From: an uncultured Acidobacteriota bacterium
GTDB lineage: Bacteria > Acidobacteriota > UBA6911
Assembly (NCBI GenBank): GCA_963843575.1
Contig: CAWJKZ010000015.1
Span: forward strand, 128,001 to 192,000
Direction of reading: 5' to 3'
Length of the DNA: 64,000 nt
The notes under the pieces were generated by a model. That model was not told where the DNA came from. It searched no databases and saw nothing but the letters and a program-made list of their open reading frames with translations. The position numbers and the translations under genes were made by a program. Of the stretch, positions 31,060 through 41,173 are shown piece by piece (the stretch's first letter is position 1; each line of letters begins with the position of its first letter).

Positions 31060-32202
31060 TCATTTCGAGGTGGTGGCTGGGGCGCGGCCGGCCGTGCGCA
31101 CGAATTCGTGCAGGTGGGAATTGGCCGGCTCCAGGAATTCGGCCGCCTTCAGGTACTCCATGAACGCGCCGACGTCGTCGCCGGAGGGCAAGGGCAGCCT
31201 GGTGCCCCTGTGTAGAGCAAACGGCTTCGCTCCGTCGAACACCAGGCAGGCCCGCCCTTCCCCGTAGACCTTGCTGATGCCCACGTCGATGAGGATCACC
31301 TTGCCGCCGAATCTCGGCAGCACTATCCCGGGCGTGGGGCTGTGGGCGACGACGATGTGGCTCGCACCAAACCGGGCCAGGACCGAATCCACGTGTGCGG
31401 CCATCTCCGGTCCAGTCTGTTCGGACAATCCCCGATACCACAGGGGTCCCTCTGGGTCCGTGACCAGCCCGCCGTTGATCTTGGAGAAATCCTGCAATTC
31501 CGCCCTGATCCGGTCGTTGATCTCCTGAAGGCTCAAGGCGGCGTATTTCGGGCTGATGCCGCCGTGCATGAAAAGGGCTTTGTTGATCTTGACGACCGCG
31601 TTCTTCTCCCTGAGCCAGCGGCCGTATTTCCCGGTCTTCCCGAAGGCGAGGCGATGCTCCACCCAGCCGAGCGGGTGTTCATCCTCCCACTTGCTGCGGT
31701 ATTTCCCGTCATCCTTCTTCGCGGGATCGGCCAGCTGTTCGTAGTTGTGGTCGCGCAGGGCGCGGGACTCCGGGGTCCGGAAGGCGTCGTATTCCCCCCT
31801 GTCCACGTAGCGCAGGTCACCCAGCATGTTCATGGTTTCGTGGTTGCCCAGCAGGGCGTGCACCATCCCTCCGGCTTTCGGCGCCTGCCGTTCGAGGTCC
31901 ATGAGCAGATCCAGCACTTTTCTGGAATCGGCTCCCCGGTCGACCACGTCCCCCGTCTGTACCAGGTGCGAGTCTCCCCCCTTCCACTGGTTGCGCCCGT
32001 CGATGAGACCGGCGGTACGCAGCAGGGAGACGAACTGGTTAAAACCGCCGTGTATGTCGCCGACGGCAACGATCCGGCCGGTGGTCTCGAACTCGGACTG
32101 AGCCCACGTGGAGCCGCCGGACAGCAGCGCCAGGACGAATGCAAAGACTGCGAATGTCCGCAGTTGCCGGCGGGTACGGCCTACATTTTCAGTCATAACC
32201 AT
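31060..32202 (-). CDS. Secreted metallophosphoesterase (Shewanella-like phosphatase type)
   Basis: GDIHG, GDVVDRG, GNHE, HGG, GPLWYRG, AHSP, IDVG; signal peptide. Confidence 0.88.
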   Translation of the reverse strand: MVMTENVGRTRRQLRTFAVFAFVLALLSGGSTWAQSEFETTGRIVAVGDIHGGFNQFVSLLRTAGLIDGRNQWKGGDSHLVQTGDVVDRGADSRKVLDLLMDLERQAPKAGGMVHALLGNHETMNMLGDLRYVDRGEYDAFRTPESRALRDHNYEQLADPAKKDDGKYRSKWEDEHPLGWVEHRLAFGKTGKYGRWLREKNAVVKINKALFMHGGISPKYAALSLQEINDRIRAELQDFSKINGGLVTDPEGPLWYRGLSEQTGPEMAAHVDSVLARFGASHIVVAHSPTPGIVLPRFGGKVILIDVGISKVYGEGRACLVFDGAKPFALHRGTRLPLPSGDDVGAFMEYLKAAEFLEPANSHLHEFVRTAGRAPATTSK

Positions 32203-32284
32203 GGTCCAGTACAGCAAACTCTAATAAAACAATAGCTTACCTCACCGACACCCCGCCTTCCAGCCTCAACAGGAGAGCAACAAT

Positions 32285-32360
32285 TTGGCGCGGCGCCGAG
32301 GCGCCGAGCGTTCCGGCCCTCGGACGTAGGGGAAAGCGGTGCCCAGGCGCCGCACTCCAG
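32285..32360. repeat. REP-like inverted repeat, family B
   Basis: ttggcgcggcgccgaggcgccg ... gaaagcggtgcccaggcgccgcactccag. Confidence 0.55.
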
Positions 32361-32513
32361 AACGACGCCCTCGTCGATGTCCACCAGTGGCTGACCCGGG
32401 ACCCCCGCATCCCTGACGCACGACTTGCCACCTTGCTGAAGAGACGCGATCGGCTGGTGAAGCTGTTCGAGCAGCACCTATCTGCCAACGGAGAAGCGAC
32501 GGCCTATCCCTGA
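32361..32513 (+). pseudogene. Startless 50-codon C-terminal gene remnant between two REP elements
   Basis: Frame reads NDALVDVHQWLTRDPRIPDARLATLLKRRDRLVKLFEQHLSANGEATAYP-stop with coding-like codon use and no upstream start. Confidence 0.35.
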
Positions 32514-32517
32514 AGAA

Positions 32518-32685
32518 CAAGTGGGTCCGGGCTTCAGCCCGGACGCCGTTTGCGGTTGCTATAACGTGCGCCCGTTGCCACATAGATCAGATCAAAAGAC
32601 GTCCGGGCTTCAGCCCGGACCCACTTGTCTTACGGGCAGTCAACCGTTGGACGATCCCTTCAGCCCGGATGCAGCTTGCGGTCGC
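32518..32685. repeat. REPIN doublet, family A, plus linker and partial next unit
   Basis: Nearly the same unit as the 46.5-kb array, including the spacer gctataacgtgcgcccg...catagatcagatcaaaagac. Confidence 0.85.
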
Positions 32686-32732
32686 CCTGCGGGGCGCCCG
32701 TTGGGTAGCGTGACGTACACATGCTGCGCGTT

Positions 32733-34782
32733 TCAGACGGGTTTGTAGTCGAAGGGTTCCATGGAAAAGCTGCCGTGTCCCTGGGTGAGGGACCTTACCT
32801 CGGTCGAGTAGCCGAACATGCCCGCTAACGGGACGAACGCCCGTATCACGGCGACCGGGCCAGCGATGCTGCTTTCGGTGATCTCGGCCCGGCGCGCGCC
32901 CAGGTCGCGCACGATGGCGCCCAGAAACTCCTCCGGCACCCTGACTTCCAGCGTCATTACCGGCTCCAGCAGGATGGTGCCGGCGGCGGCGAAGGCGCGG
33001 CGCAACGCCAGTGTCAGGGAGGCGCGCAGGGGTATCAAGGGGTCCGGGCAATCGTTGTAGCGCGCCTCGAGCACCCGGATTTTCACGTCCACGACCGGGT
33101 AGCCGTTCGAGCCTCCTCCACTGCAGACGCCCGCCAGGATCTCGGTGGCCTCCGACTGCAGCTCGGCGGTGAGCGAGCGGGCGTGGCCTGCGAACTCCAT
33201 CTCCACGGGAGGCCAGCCCCTTTCCCCGGGCGGTCGCGGCCTCGGGTGCGCCTCCACGGCGGCGCGGCCGGAGACCATGGTGTCGCCGATTTTCTTGGCG
33301 AAGTCGCCCGCACCGGTTGCGGCGGTCGCCACGGTTTCGCGGTAGGTCACCCTGGGTCTGCCGAAGCGCGCGGCGACGTTGAACTGCCGCCGCATCCGGT
33401 TTTGCAGGATCTCGAGGTGGAGTTCACCCATGCCCGACAAGATCAGCTCCCCGGTCTCCTCGTCCGTGTGGTAGGAAAATGTCGGGTCTTCCCGGGTGAG
33501 CCGGCTCACGACCTCGAGCAGCCGGTCGCGGTCCGAAGAGGTCTGCGCTTCCACCGCGGCCGAGACGACGGGTTCGGGGAAGTGTACCGGCTCGAAGGTG
33601 ACCGGATGGGCGATGTCGCAAAGCGTATCCCCGGTCACAACAGTCCTCGGACCGGCCACCGCCACGATGTCCCCGCACTCGGCGCGCGCGACCGGCTCGG
33701 TGCGGTCTGCGAAGATGCGCAGGAATCGTCGAAGGCGGAGCTGGGCTCCGGTGCGCGGGTGCAGACAGCGGTCTTCCTCGGTCAGGGTACCGGAGTAGAC
33801 GCGCAACCAGAACAGGTCCGAGCTCGGCGCCGTCACCACCTTGAACACCAGGGCTGCGAACGGGCCCGAGCGGCTCGGCTCGGAGTTCCACCGGCATCCC
33901 GGTCCTGGGGACGTGTCCCCGGGCCGGAGGGCGCTCCTCGGGCGAGGGGAGATAGTCGCAGACCGCGTCCAGGATCGGCCTGATGCCGAGGTCGCGCAGG
34001 GCCGCACCGCAGAGCACGGGTACGAACCCCCGGGCGAGCGTCGCCTGACGGATGGCGCGCCGGAGCGTGTCGGCCGGGATGGTCGCGTCGCTGAGGTAAA
34101 GGTCCGCGAGCCAGTCGACGGCTTCCGCCGTGCGCTGAACCAGCCTGTCCCTGGCCGCTGCGGCGGCCGGGGCGGCTGCCACCGGAATCTCCCGGGTTTC
34201 CTGCTCACCGCCCCGGGTAGCCGGATCGAACACGACCCACTTCATCGCGAGCAGGTCGATCACGCCGTCGAGCCGGTCTTCCAGGCCGTGCGGCAGGTTT
34301 ATGAACGCGGCCCGGGCCCCGAGACGCTTCTCGATATCAGCGAGCACCCGCTCGGGTTCCGCCCCCGCCCGATCGAGCTTGTTGATGAAGGCGATGCGCG
34401 GCACGCCGTAGCGGTCCGCCTGATGCCACACGGTCTCGCTCTGCGGCTGCACACCTTCGACCCCGGAGAAGATCACGACCGCTCCGTCGAGCACCCTGAG
34501 GCTGCGCTCCACCTCGGCCGTGAAGTCGATGTGGCCGGGGGTGTCGATCAGGTTGATCTGGTGGTCGTTCCAGAGGAAGGTCGTCGCCGCCGCTGAAATC
34601 GTGATCCCGCGCTCACGCTCGTCCTCGCGGAAGTCCATGACGGTATCGCCGTCGTGGACTTCGCCGATCTTGTGTGTCAGGCCGGCATAAAAAAGGAAAC
34701 GCTCCGTCGCCGTCGTCTTCCCCGCGTCGATGTGCGCAATGATCCCGATGTTGCGTACTCTGCCAAGAGGTCTCAGAAGCAT
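32733..34782 (-). CDS. fusA: Elongation factor G paralogue (EF-G2-like), outside the str operon; one +1 frameshift near 33870
   Basis: [24 protein letters not shown]; GMGELHLEI; LLEPVM...[14 protein letters not shown]. Confidence 0.88.
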
Positions 34783-35002
34783 GGTTCTTCCATCGCGCAG
34801 GCCAGGCCGCGATAAACCGTCCGTAACAAAAAAAGAGCATCATGCCACTTTCCGGACAAGCCACAAACCCGAAATTTTTCTCGTCGAAGGCATACATCGG
34901 ACCGAATATTGCTTTGGGACGACCACCCTCCCCCGGTATGGATTGGCAAATTGCGGCGGTGCGGTCCTTTGAACCGGCACTGCGGATTGTGAACCGACAC
35001 TG

Positions 35003-35119
35003 GAAAACGGCAAGGTTTCCCGCTTCTTCGAACAGCTCGGCCCCGGCCTGATCACCGGTGCGGCCGACGACGATCCTTCGGGGGTTTCCACGGACCTCGC
35101 GCTGCTCCTTCTGCTCTGA
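35003..35119 (+). pseudogene. Remnant of an Nramp-like divalent metal transporter gene
   Basis: ENGKVSRFFEQLGPGLITGAADDDPSGVSTDLALLLLL-stop; LGPGLITGAADDDPSG is the Nramp-related TM1 signature; no ATG and the rest of the gene is absent. Confidence 0.7.
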
Positions 35120-35127
35120 TTCCTGCC

Positions 35128-35232
35128 TGGAAGTGCGACGCCTCGGCGCCTTCCCGAATCGTACTCTGCCAGCTCGAAATGCGGCGGCGCCCAGGCGCCG
35201 CCCACAAAGCGGCGTTGAGCCGCCGCACTCCA
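35128..35232. repeat. REP-like inverted repeat, family B
   Basis: tggaagtgcgacgcctcggcgcc ... aaagcggcgttgagccgccgcactcca. Confidence 0.6.
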
Positions 35233-35304
35233 TTGCTAAGAAAGGGCTGCTGTTTCGTCTATTAATAAACGTGATATGAGTGAACGGCTTCATTCGAGGA
35301 ACAA

Positions 35305-37251
35305 ATGCGAGCATTTTCGGTGTATGGGGCGGCCGTTGTGGGCGCCTTCATTTTTGCGGCAGTGCCTGCCGGCTTCGCTTCGAGTCAGCCGATGAGCCTC
35401 ACGGCGGCTGTGGTCAGCAACGGCTGGCCAATTAAGAGATTCGTTTTGAACGACACGGGCGCGGTGGTATTCGCGGGTGGCGACTTCCAGGGGAGCGCCG
35501 ACGGGATTGTCTTCTCCGCCCCGTCCCGCTTTTACCGGCTCGCGAACCTCGGGTACGAGCCTCCCGGGTCCCCCGGGATGGTCTTCGCCGGTTTCCCCGG
35601 GCGGTATTTCGGCGATCTGGCCCTGAATCGGGCTGGGGACGTCGTCTTTTCCGCAAGCATGGTTGCCTGTGCGAGCTACGACCTGGAGTCCTGCCTCAGA
35701 ACGAGTCCCCGATTGAACGGCCTGTTCAGGATCCACAACGACCAGGGGAGCCGGATCGTCGTCGAAGGGGACTCGGTTCCCGACCACCCCGGCTACCTGT
35801 TCCGCTCTTTCGACCGGATCTGGCTGAACACGGGGAGCGACATCGCCTTCCGGGGCCACGTCTACGATCCTGCAAAGCCGTCGGAGTCGGTGGCCGGTCT
35901 GTTCGTTTACAGCGCGGGCCGGCTCCAGACCGTGGCCCTCGTCGAGACGACGCCGCGGAGACCGAGGACGGATGTGAATTCCCCGGGGTTCGAGCTGACG
36001 ATCGACGACGAGGCCAACGTGGTCTTCTTCAGCCCCCTTGCCGGCGCGGTATGCCGCTACTCAGGCGGAGTACTCTCGACCGTCCTATCGGCCGGCGCCT
36101 CGCTCGGGCCGGCCGAGACACTCACGAGCCTTCACGAGGCGGTCCCCAACCGAAACGGCGATATTGCGTTCCACGCATCGTTCGGCCCGGAGCCGGCGCA
36201 GCAGGGAATTTACCTGATGCGCCGCGACGGTAGCATCGAGCGCCTCCTGGCGGACGGGGATGCCACCCCGGCGGGAGGCCGGTTTGCGCTCTGGCGGGAA
36301 GAGACAGACCGCTTCGGCTACAAGCATCAGGTCATGGTCGGCACCTCGCTGCAACTGAACGACTCCGGGATGGTCCTATTCGTCACGCCCGTGCGCGAGG
36401 GACCGACGTCGGCCGGTTTATTTTCGTACCGGAAAGGGGAAATCTCGACCGTGGCCGCCGACGGCGATCCGCGGCCGGATGACCCGCGGCAGCGCATCAG
36501 CTTCGGCTTTCAGGGTCAGGACATCTCGTTCCTGCTGAACAACAACGGGATGACGGCCTTCAATCCGGCCGGAGCCGGGATTTTCCTCGCCCTGGACGGG
36601 AAGCGTGCCGCGGTCGCCCTCAACGGAGGCCCGACCGGCCCCGTGGAGGGGACCGAATACTCGATTCGCGAACTCAGGTCCTTCTCCCTGAACGAGTCGG
36701 GTACGGTCGCGTTGCAGGCCCCGCTCTGCTGCGGTCCCTATGTCGAGGGGATCTTTCTGGCGCGCCTTCGCCCCCCCGCAATCCCGAACGGCGGTTTTGA
36801 AGGGCCCGGCGATTTCAGACTCCCCCAGGCGTGGACGACCTGGTGGACGAACTCCGGCACCGGCGACGCCAGCCAGTACGACAGCGGGGGCCACGACTCG
36901 TTCGATTGGTACTCGAGCCTGAGACTCCACGTCGGCCCGGGCGGCGGATCCGTATTCGTGCTTTCCGACCCCACCGCCGTGACTCCCGGGACAACCTACC
37001 TCCTCGAGAGCCGCATGCGGTTCTTTTTCGACGCCGCCGCAGATACGGCCTATTTCACCGTGATCCAGTTCGACAGCGCGGGGGGTGTGGTCGGAGAGGA
37101 CGAGGTGCTTGGGGTGGCGGGCGACAGCCTCTGGACCTGGGAACCGAAGCGGCTCCTGATCTACACCGCGCCCAATGCCGCGTTTGTGCGGTACCGCTTC
37201 GGCCTCATCTCTCCGCACGAGAAATACCTCGACGTCGATTACCTGCACTAG
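35305..37251 (+). CDS. Secreted NxxGxxAF-repeat (beta-propeller-like) protein with a C-terminal CBM-like jelly-roll domain
   Basis: Signal peptide; repeats NDTGAVVF, NRAGDVVF, NTGSDIAF, NRNGDIAF, NDSGMVLF, NNNGMTAF, NESGTVAL; C-terminal IPNGGFE...VTPGTTY...YLDVD. Confidence 0.65.
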   Translation: MRAFSVYGAAVVGAFIFAAVPAGFASSQPMSLTAAVVSNGWPIKRFVLNDTGAVVFAGGDFQGSADGIVFSAPSRFYRLANLGYEPPGSPGMVFAGFPGRYFGDLALNRAGDVVFSASMVACASYDLESCLRTSPRLNGLFRIHNDQGSRIVVEGDSVPDHPGYLFRSFDRIWLNTGSDIAFRGHVYDPAKPSESVAGLFVYSAGRLQTVALVETTPRRPRTDVNSPGFELTIDDEANVVFFSPLAGAVCRYSGGVLSTVLSAGASLGPAETLTSLHEAVPNRNGDIAFHASFGPEPAQQGIYLMRRDGSIERLLADGDATPAGGRFALWREETDRFGYKHQVMVGTSLQLNDSGMVLFVTPVREGPTSAGLFSYRKGEISTVAADGDPRPDDPRQRISFGFQGQDISFLLNNNGMTAFNPAGAGIFLALDGKRAAVALNGGPTGPVEGTEYSIRELRSFSLNESGTVALQAPLCCGPYVEGIFLARLRPPAIPNGGFEGPGDFRLPQAWTTWWTNSGTGDASQYDSGGHDSFDWYSSLRLHVGPGGGSVFVLSDPTAVTPGTTYLLESRMRFFFDAAADTAYFTVIQFDSAGGVVGEDEVLGVAGDSLWTWEPKRLLIYTAPNAAFVRYRFGLISPHEKYLDVDYLH

Positions 37252-37358
37252 GGAGCGCGGCGCCTGGGCGCCATGCCGAATTGCGAGACGTGGCAAAATC
37301 TCCGTGAATGTACGGAGTTCTGTGTAGAATCGTCCCGTACCTTCGAAAGGAGTACGGC

Positions 37359-39764
37359 ATGATCCGGTCCTCCGTCTGTCTCGCCACAGTACTCTGCGTG
37401 ACCGGATGCGGCTTTCGGCCTGTTTCAGACTACGCGGTCACAGACGTGCCGCTCACCGCCGTCCGGCTGACCGACGGTTTCTGGGCGCCCCGACAGCAGA
37501 CGGACGTCCGGGTGACGATTGCGCACCAGATCAGGCAGAGTGAAGAGACCGGCCGGATCAAGAATTTCGAGCTCGCCGCGGACGCGCTGAAGGGGGCGAC
37601 CGGCGCGAAATGCGCTACCCGTTACGCCTTCGACGATTCCGACGTCTACAAGCTGATCGAGGCCGCGTCCTACACCCTGGTGCTGCAGCCGAACCCGTCG
37701 CTGGATAAGGTGTTGGACGATTGGATCGGGAAGATCGCGGCCGCGCAGGAGCCGGACGGCTACCTGTACACCGCCCGCACGATCGACCCCAGGCATCCAC
37801 CCTCCATGTCCGGCCCCGAACGGTGGGTCAAGCTTCAGGACAGCCACGAATTGTACAACCTGGGCCACCTCTACGAGGCGGCCGTCGCCCACCGCCAGGC
37901 GACCGGCAAGCGCACGCTCCTCGAGGTCGCGCTCAGGAGCGCCGACTTTGTCGGCGAGACTTTCGGGCCCGCCAAAGGGCAATTGAAGCTCGTGCCGGGG
38001 CACGAGGAAATCGAGATCGGCTTGGTCAAGCTCTACCGTGAGACGGGGAAACGCCGGTACCTGGAGTTGGCGAAGTTCTTCGTGGACGAACGCGGCGACG
38101 CGGGAGGACACGAGCTCTACGGCGAATACAACCAGGACCACAAGCCGGTGCTCGAGCAGACCGAAGCCGTCGGCCATGCCGTCCGTGCAGCCTACCTGTA
38201 CTCGGGAGTGGCCGACGTCTCCGCCCTGACCGGCGACCCGCGCTACATGGCCGCCCTGAACCGGATCTGGCAAGACATCGTCTCCCGAAAACTCTACTTG
38301 ACCGGGGGGATTGGCGCCGCCGGCGGGATCGAAGGGTTCGGACCCCCGTACGACCTCCCGAACGAAACGGGCTATGCGGAAACCTGCGCCACCATCGCCT
38401 ATGCGCTGTGGAACTACCGCATGTTCCGCTATCACGGGGACGCCAGGTACATGGACCTGTTTGAGCGTGCGGCCTACAACGCTTTCCTGTCGGGCTCCGG
38501 GCTGAGCGGAGACCGCTATTTCTATCCCAATCCGCTGGCGTCGTTTGGCCAGCACGAGCGCAGCCCCTGGTTCACCTGCGCGTGCTGCCCGCCGAACGTC
38601 GCTCGGTTCATAGCCGCGATGGGCGGGTTCGCCTATGGTGTCCAAGGGAACAAGGTGTACGTGAACCTGTACGCCCAGGGAACGGCTACCATCACGACAG
38701 CCGATGGGAAGGTCCGCCTCGAACAGAGCACCGAGTATCCCTGGAGCGGGAACATCAGGATACGTCTTTCCCCCGACAAGCCCGGCCGGCTCATCCTGAT
38801 GCTGCGCATACCGGGGTGGGCTGTGGGCCGGCCGCTCCCGAGCGGCCTGTACAGGTATGCCGGCGCAAGTGCGGGGCAGCCGGTTGTCAAGGTCAACGGC
38901 AAAAACGTCTCCTACGGCCTCGACAAGGGCTATGCCCCGATCGATCGAACCTGGTTCCGGGACGACATCGTTGAGGTCTTCCTGCCCATGGAGATTCGCC
39001 GCGTGCTGGCCGATGAACGCGTCAAGGCGGATGCCGGCCGCGTCGCGGTGGAACGCGGCCCGCTCGTCTATTGCGCGGAGTGGCCGGACAACGGCGGAGC
39101 GGTGTCCAACCTGGTCCTGGAAGACTCCACACCGCTCACCGCGGAACTGCGTCCGGACATTGCCCAGGGTGTCACGGCCGTGACCGGGGAGGCGACCGCG
39201 TATCGGCTCGAGGGCGGCAAAACCGTGTCCGCGAAGCAGCGGCTCACCTTGATCCCCTACTACGCCTGGGCGTACCGCGGCAAAGGTGAGATGACCGTTT
39301 GGCTGGCCCGCGAGCCCGCAAAGGCGCGCCCCGTTCCGGAACCGACACTCGCTTCCACCGCGCACGTGAGCGCTTCCGAGGGGATCCGTGGGCTCGAAGG
39401 CATCCACAACCTGCGCGGCCCGGAGAGTTCGGCCGACCAGGCAACCGGCTACGCCCACTGGTGGCCCAGAAAGGGGACGACGGAGTGGGTGCAATACGAT
39501 TTTGCCAGTCCGGTTATGCTGTCGGAATCGTCCGTTTACTGGTTTGACGACGCTCAAGAGGGCGAGTGCCGGGTCCCCGTCTCCTGGAGGATCCTCTACC
39601 GCGACCGCGGTTGGCTCCCGGTCAAGGCGGCGGGGCCCTTCGGCACTGCAGAGGATAAGTTCAACACCGTGCGCTTCGCTCCCGTCCGCACGACGGCGGT
39701 GCGACTCGAATTGCAGGCGCCCGCTGCCTTCTCGACGGGCATCCAGGAGTGGAGGATAAAATAG
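37359..39764 (+). CDS. GH127 beta-L-arabinofuranosidase family lipoprotein with a C-terminal discoidin-like domain
   Basis: FDDSDVYKLIEA, HELYNLGH, GHEEIE, GHAVRA, YAETCA, CACCPPN. Confidence 0.92.
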   Translation: MIRSSVCLATVLCVTGCGFRPVSDYAVTDVPLTAVRLTDGFWAPRQQTDVRVTIAHQIRQSEETGRIKNFELAADALKGATGAKCATRYAFDDSDVYKLIEAASYTLVLQPNPSLDKVLDDWIGKIAAAQEPDGYLYTARTIDPRHPPSMSGPERWVKLQDSHELYNLGHLYEAAVAHRQATGKRTLLEVALRSADFVGETFGPAKGQLKLVPGHEEIEIGLVKLYRETGKRRYLELAKFFVDERGDAGGHELYGEYNQDHKPVLEQTEAVGHAVRAAYLYSGVADVSALTGDPRYMAALNRIWQDIVSRKLYLTGGIGAAGGIEGFGPPYDLPNETGYAETCATIAYALWNYRMFRYHGDARYMDLFERAAYNAFLSGSGLSGDRYFYPNPLASFGQHERSPWFTCACCPPNVARFIAAMGGFAYGVQGNKVYVNLYAQGTATITTADGKVRLEQSTEYPWSGNIRIRLSPDKPGRLILMLRIPGWAVGRPLPSGLYRYAGASAGQPVVKVNGKNVSYGLDKGYAPIDRTWFRDDIVEVFLPMEIRRVLADERVKADAGRVAVERGPLVYCAEWPDNGGAVSNLVLEDSTPLTAELRPDIAQGVTAVTGEATAYRLEGGKTVSAKQRLTLIPYYAWAYRGKGEMTVWLAREPAKARPVPEPTLASTAHVSASEGIRGLEGIHNLRGPESSADQATGYAHWWPRKGTTEWVQYDFASPVMLSESSVYWFDDAQEGECRVPVSWRILYRDRGWLPVKAAGPFGTAEDKFNTVRFAPVRTTAVRLELQAPAAFSTGIQEWRIK

Positions 39765-39829
39765 GCCCGGACCCACTTGCTCTGCCTGCTGTGCGAAATG
39801 GGTATCGGCCAGTTTTCGGGAGGAACATC

Positions 39830-40594
39830 ATGAACAGGATCTGGATCCTATTGCTACTATCGGTGCTTCTCGGTTCATGCGGGTGCGGGACGGCCACTCA
39901 GGCCCCCGCGCCGGCGGCGGTCTCCGGTTGCCAGGGTGTCAACGTCCTCACCGATCAGGAGAAGGCCGCCGGGTGGGAACTGCTGTTCGACGGGCAGAGT
40001 TTCGCCGGATGGCACGGCTACAACGGCCAGAGCACCGCGGCCTGGAAAATCGAGGACTGCGCGCTGAAGACAACCGGCACCGAGGGGAACTACGGCAGCG
40101 ACACGCGCGCGGACCTCGTCAGCGACAAGGAGTACGAGAACTTCGAGATCAACATCGACTGGAAAGCGAGCAAGGGGGGCAACAGCGGGCTCATGTACGG
40201 CGTGGTGGAGGACCCGAAGTACAAGGCGCCCTGGATGACCGGGCCCGAGTACCAGTTCATCGACGACATCGGCTTCCCCGACAAGCTGGAAGAGTGGCAG
40301 AAGGCCGGGGCCGACTACGCGATGCACCTGCCGAACGATCAGAAGGAGCTGAAGGCCGTGGGCGAGTGGAACAACACCCGCATCGTGGTCAACGGCCCGC
40401 ACGTCGAGCACTGGCTCAACGGCAAGAAGATCCTGGAATTCGAACGCTGGAACGAGGATTGGAACAAGCTGCGCGATTCGGGGAAGTGGAAGGAAGCACC
40501 CGATTATGGTCTGGCGAAAACCGGCCGCATCGCGCTCCAGGACCACGGGAGCATCTTCTGGTTCCGGAACGTCAAGATCCGCCCGATTCGCTAG
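39830..40594 (+). CDS. DUF1080 (3-keto-disaccharide hydrolase family) lipoprotein
   Basis: GWELLFDG, GGNSG, GPEYQ, GEWN, IALQDHG...FRNVKIR. Confidence 0.9.
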   Translation: MNRIWILLLLSVLLGSCGCGTATQAPAPAAVSGCQGVNVLTDQEKAAGWELLFDGQSFAGWHGYNGQSTAAWKIEDCALKTTGTEGNYGSDTRADLVSDKEYENFEINIDWKASKGGNSGLMYGVVEDPKYKAPWMTGPEYQFIDDIGFPDKLEEWQKAGADYAMHLPNDQKELKAVGEWNNTRIVVNGPHVEHWLNGKKILEFERWNEDWNKLRDSGKWKEAPDYGLAKTGRIALQDHGSIFWFRNVKIRPIR

Positions 40595-40611
40595 GCTACA
40601 AGCCAAAGCTC

Positions 40612-40663
40612 GCCACGGAAGACACGGAGGAAACACGGAAGGCTGGCATTAGGAATTCCGTGG
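40612..40663. repeat. Palindromic intergenic repeat, family C (partial)
   Basis: gccacggaagacacggaggaaacacggaa ... ttccgtgg between convergent genes. Confidence 0.6.
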
Positions 40664-40673
40664 ATGCCGGTCG

Positions 40674-41021
40674 CTACTGGCCGGTCCGAATATCGATCCT
40701 GGCCGCGTTGATTTGATCCTTGAGGCCGACCTTTCCGAGCACGATGACACGGCGGGAGTCCTTCACCTCGTCGACCGTCGACGGCTCGTTGCGGTACGTG
40801 AACCTGGTTTCGGCCGAATAGACCACGGTCCAGACCGCGTTGGCGGTACCCCGCTGCCGAACCAGGATCGTGGACTTGTCCTTGTTCACTGCCTGTACCG
40901 TTCCCTCGATCCGGTCGAGTTTAGTCTGAGTGTCTTTGGTGGCCTGGGCATAGCTCGCGGACACCAGCCCGATGGAGCACACCAGCGCGAGCGCGAGCAT
41001 GCAGGCGACGCTGCGTTTCAT
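40674..41021 (-). CDS. Small secreted beta-rich hypothetical protein (OB-fold/DUF5666-like)
   Basis: Signal peptide ending SYA-Q; IEGTVQAVN...T.F...RVIVLG...AARIDI pattern; GGAGG RBS. Confidence 0.7.
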   Translation of the reverse strand: MKRSVACMLALALVCSIGLVSASYAQATKDTQTKLDRIEGTVQAVNKDKSTILVRQRGTANAVWTVVYSAETRFTYRNEPSTVDEVKDSRRVIVLGKVGLKDQINAARIDIRTGQ

Positions 41022-41173
41022 AGAGCCTCCCTTTCCGTTATGGGAATTTTCAAAAGTCTAATACTCTGGCTCCCGCAATGCAATCCGACCCGGAAGTGGA
41101 CAAGGGCGGCCCGATCTGCGCTGCCCCGGGGCGAGCCCCCTCCGCCTCATCCGGCTGTTCGTGAGGAGGACAG

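Noticed and set aside
8917-39776. Long antisense or alternate-frame ORFs (e.g. 8917-11637, 24449-26944, 37425-39776)
   Set aside because: They overlap well-supported genes and have no recognisable motifs; typical shadow ORFs of high-GC DNA
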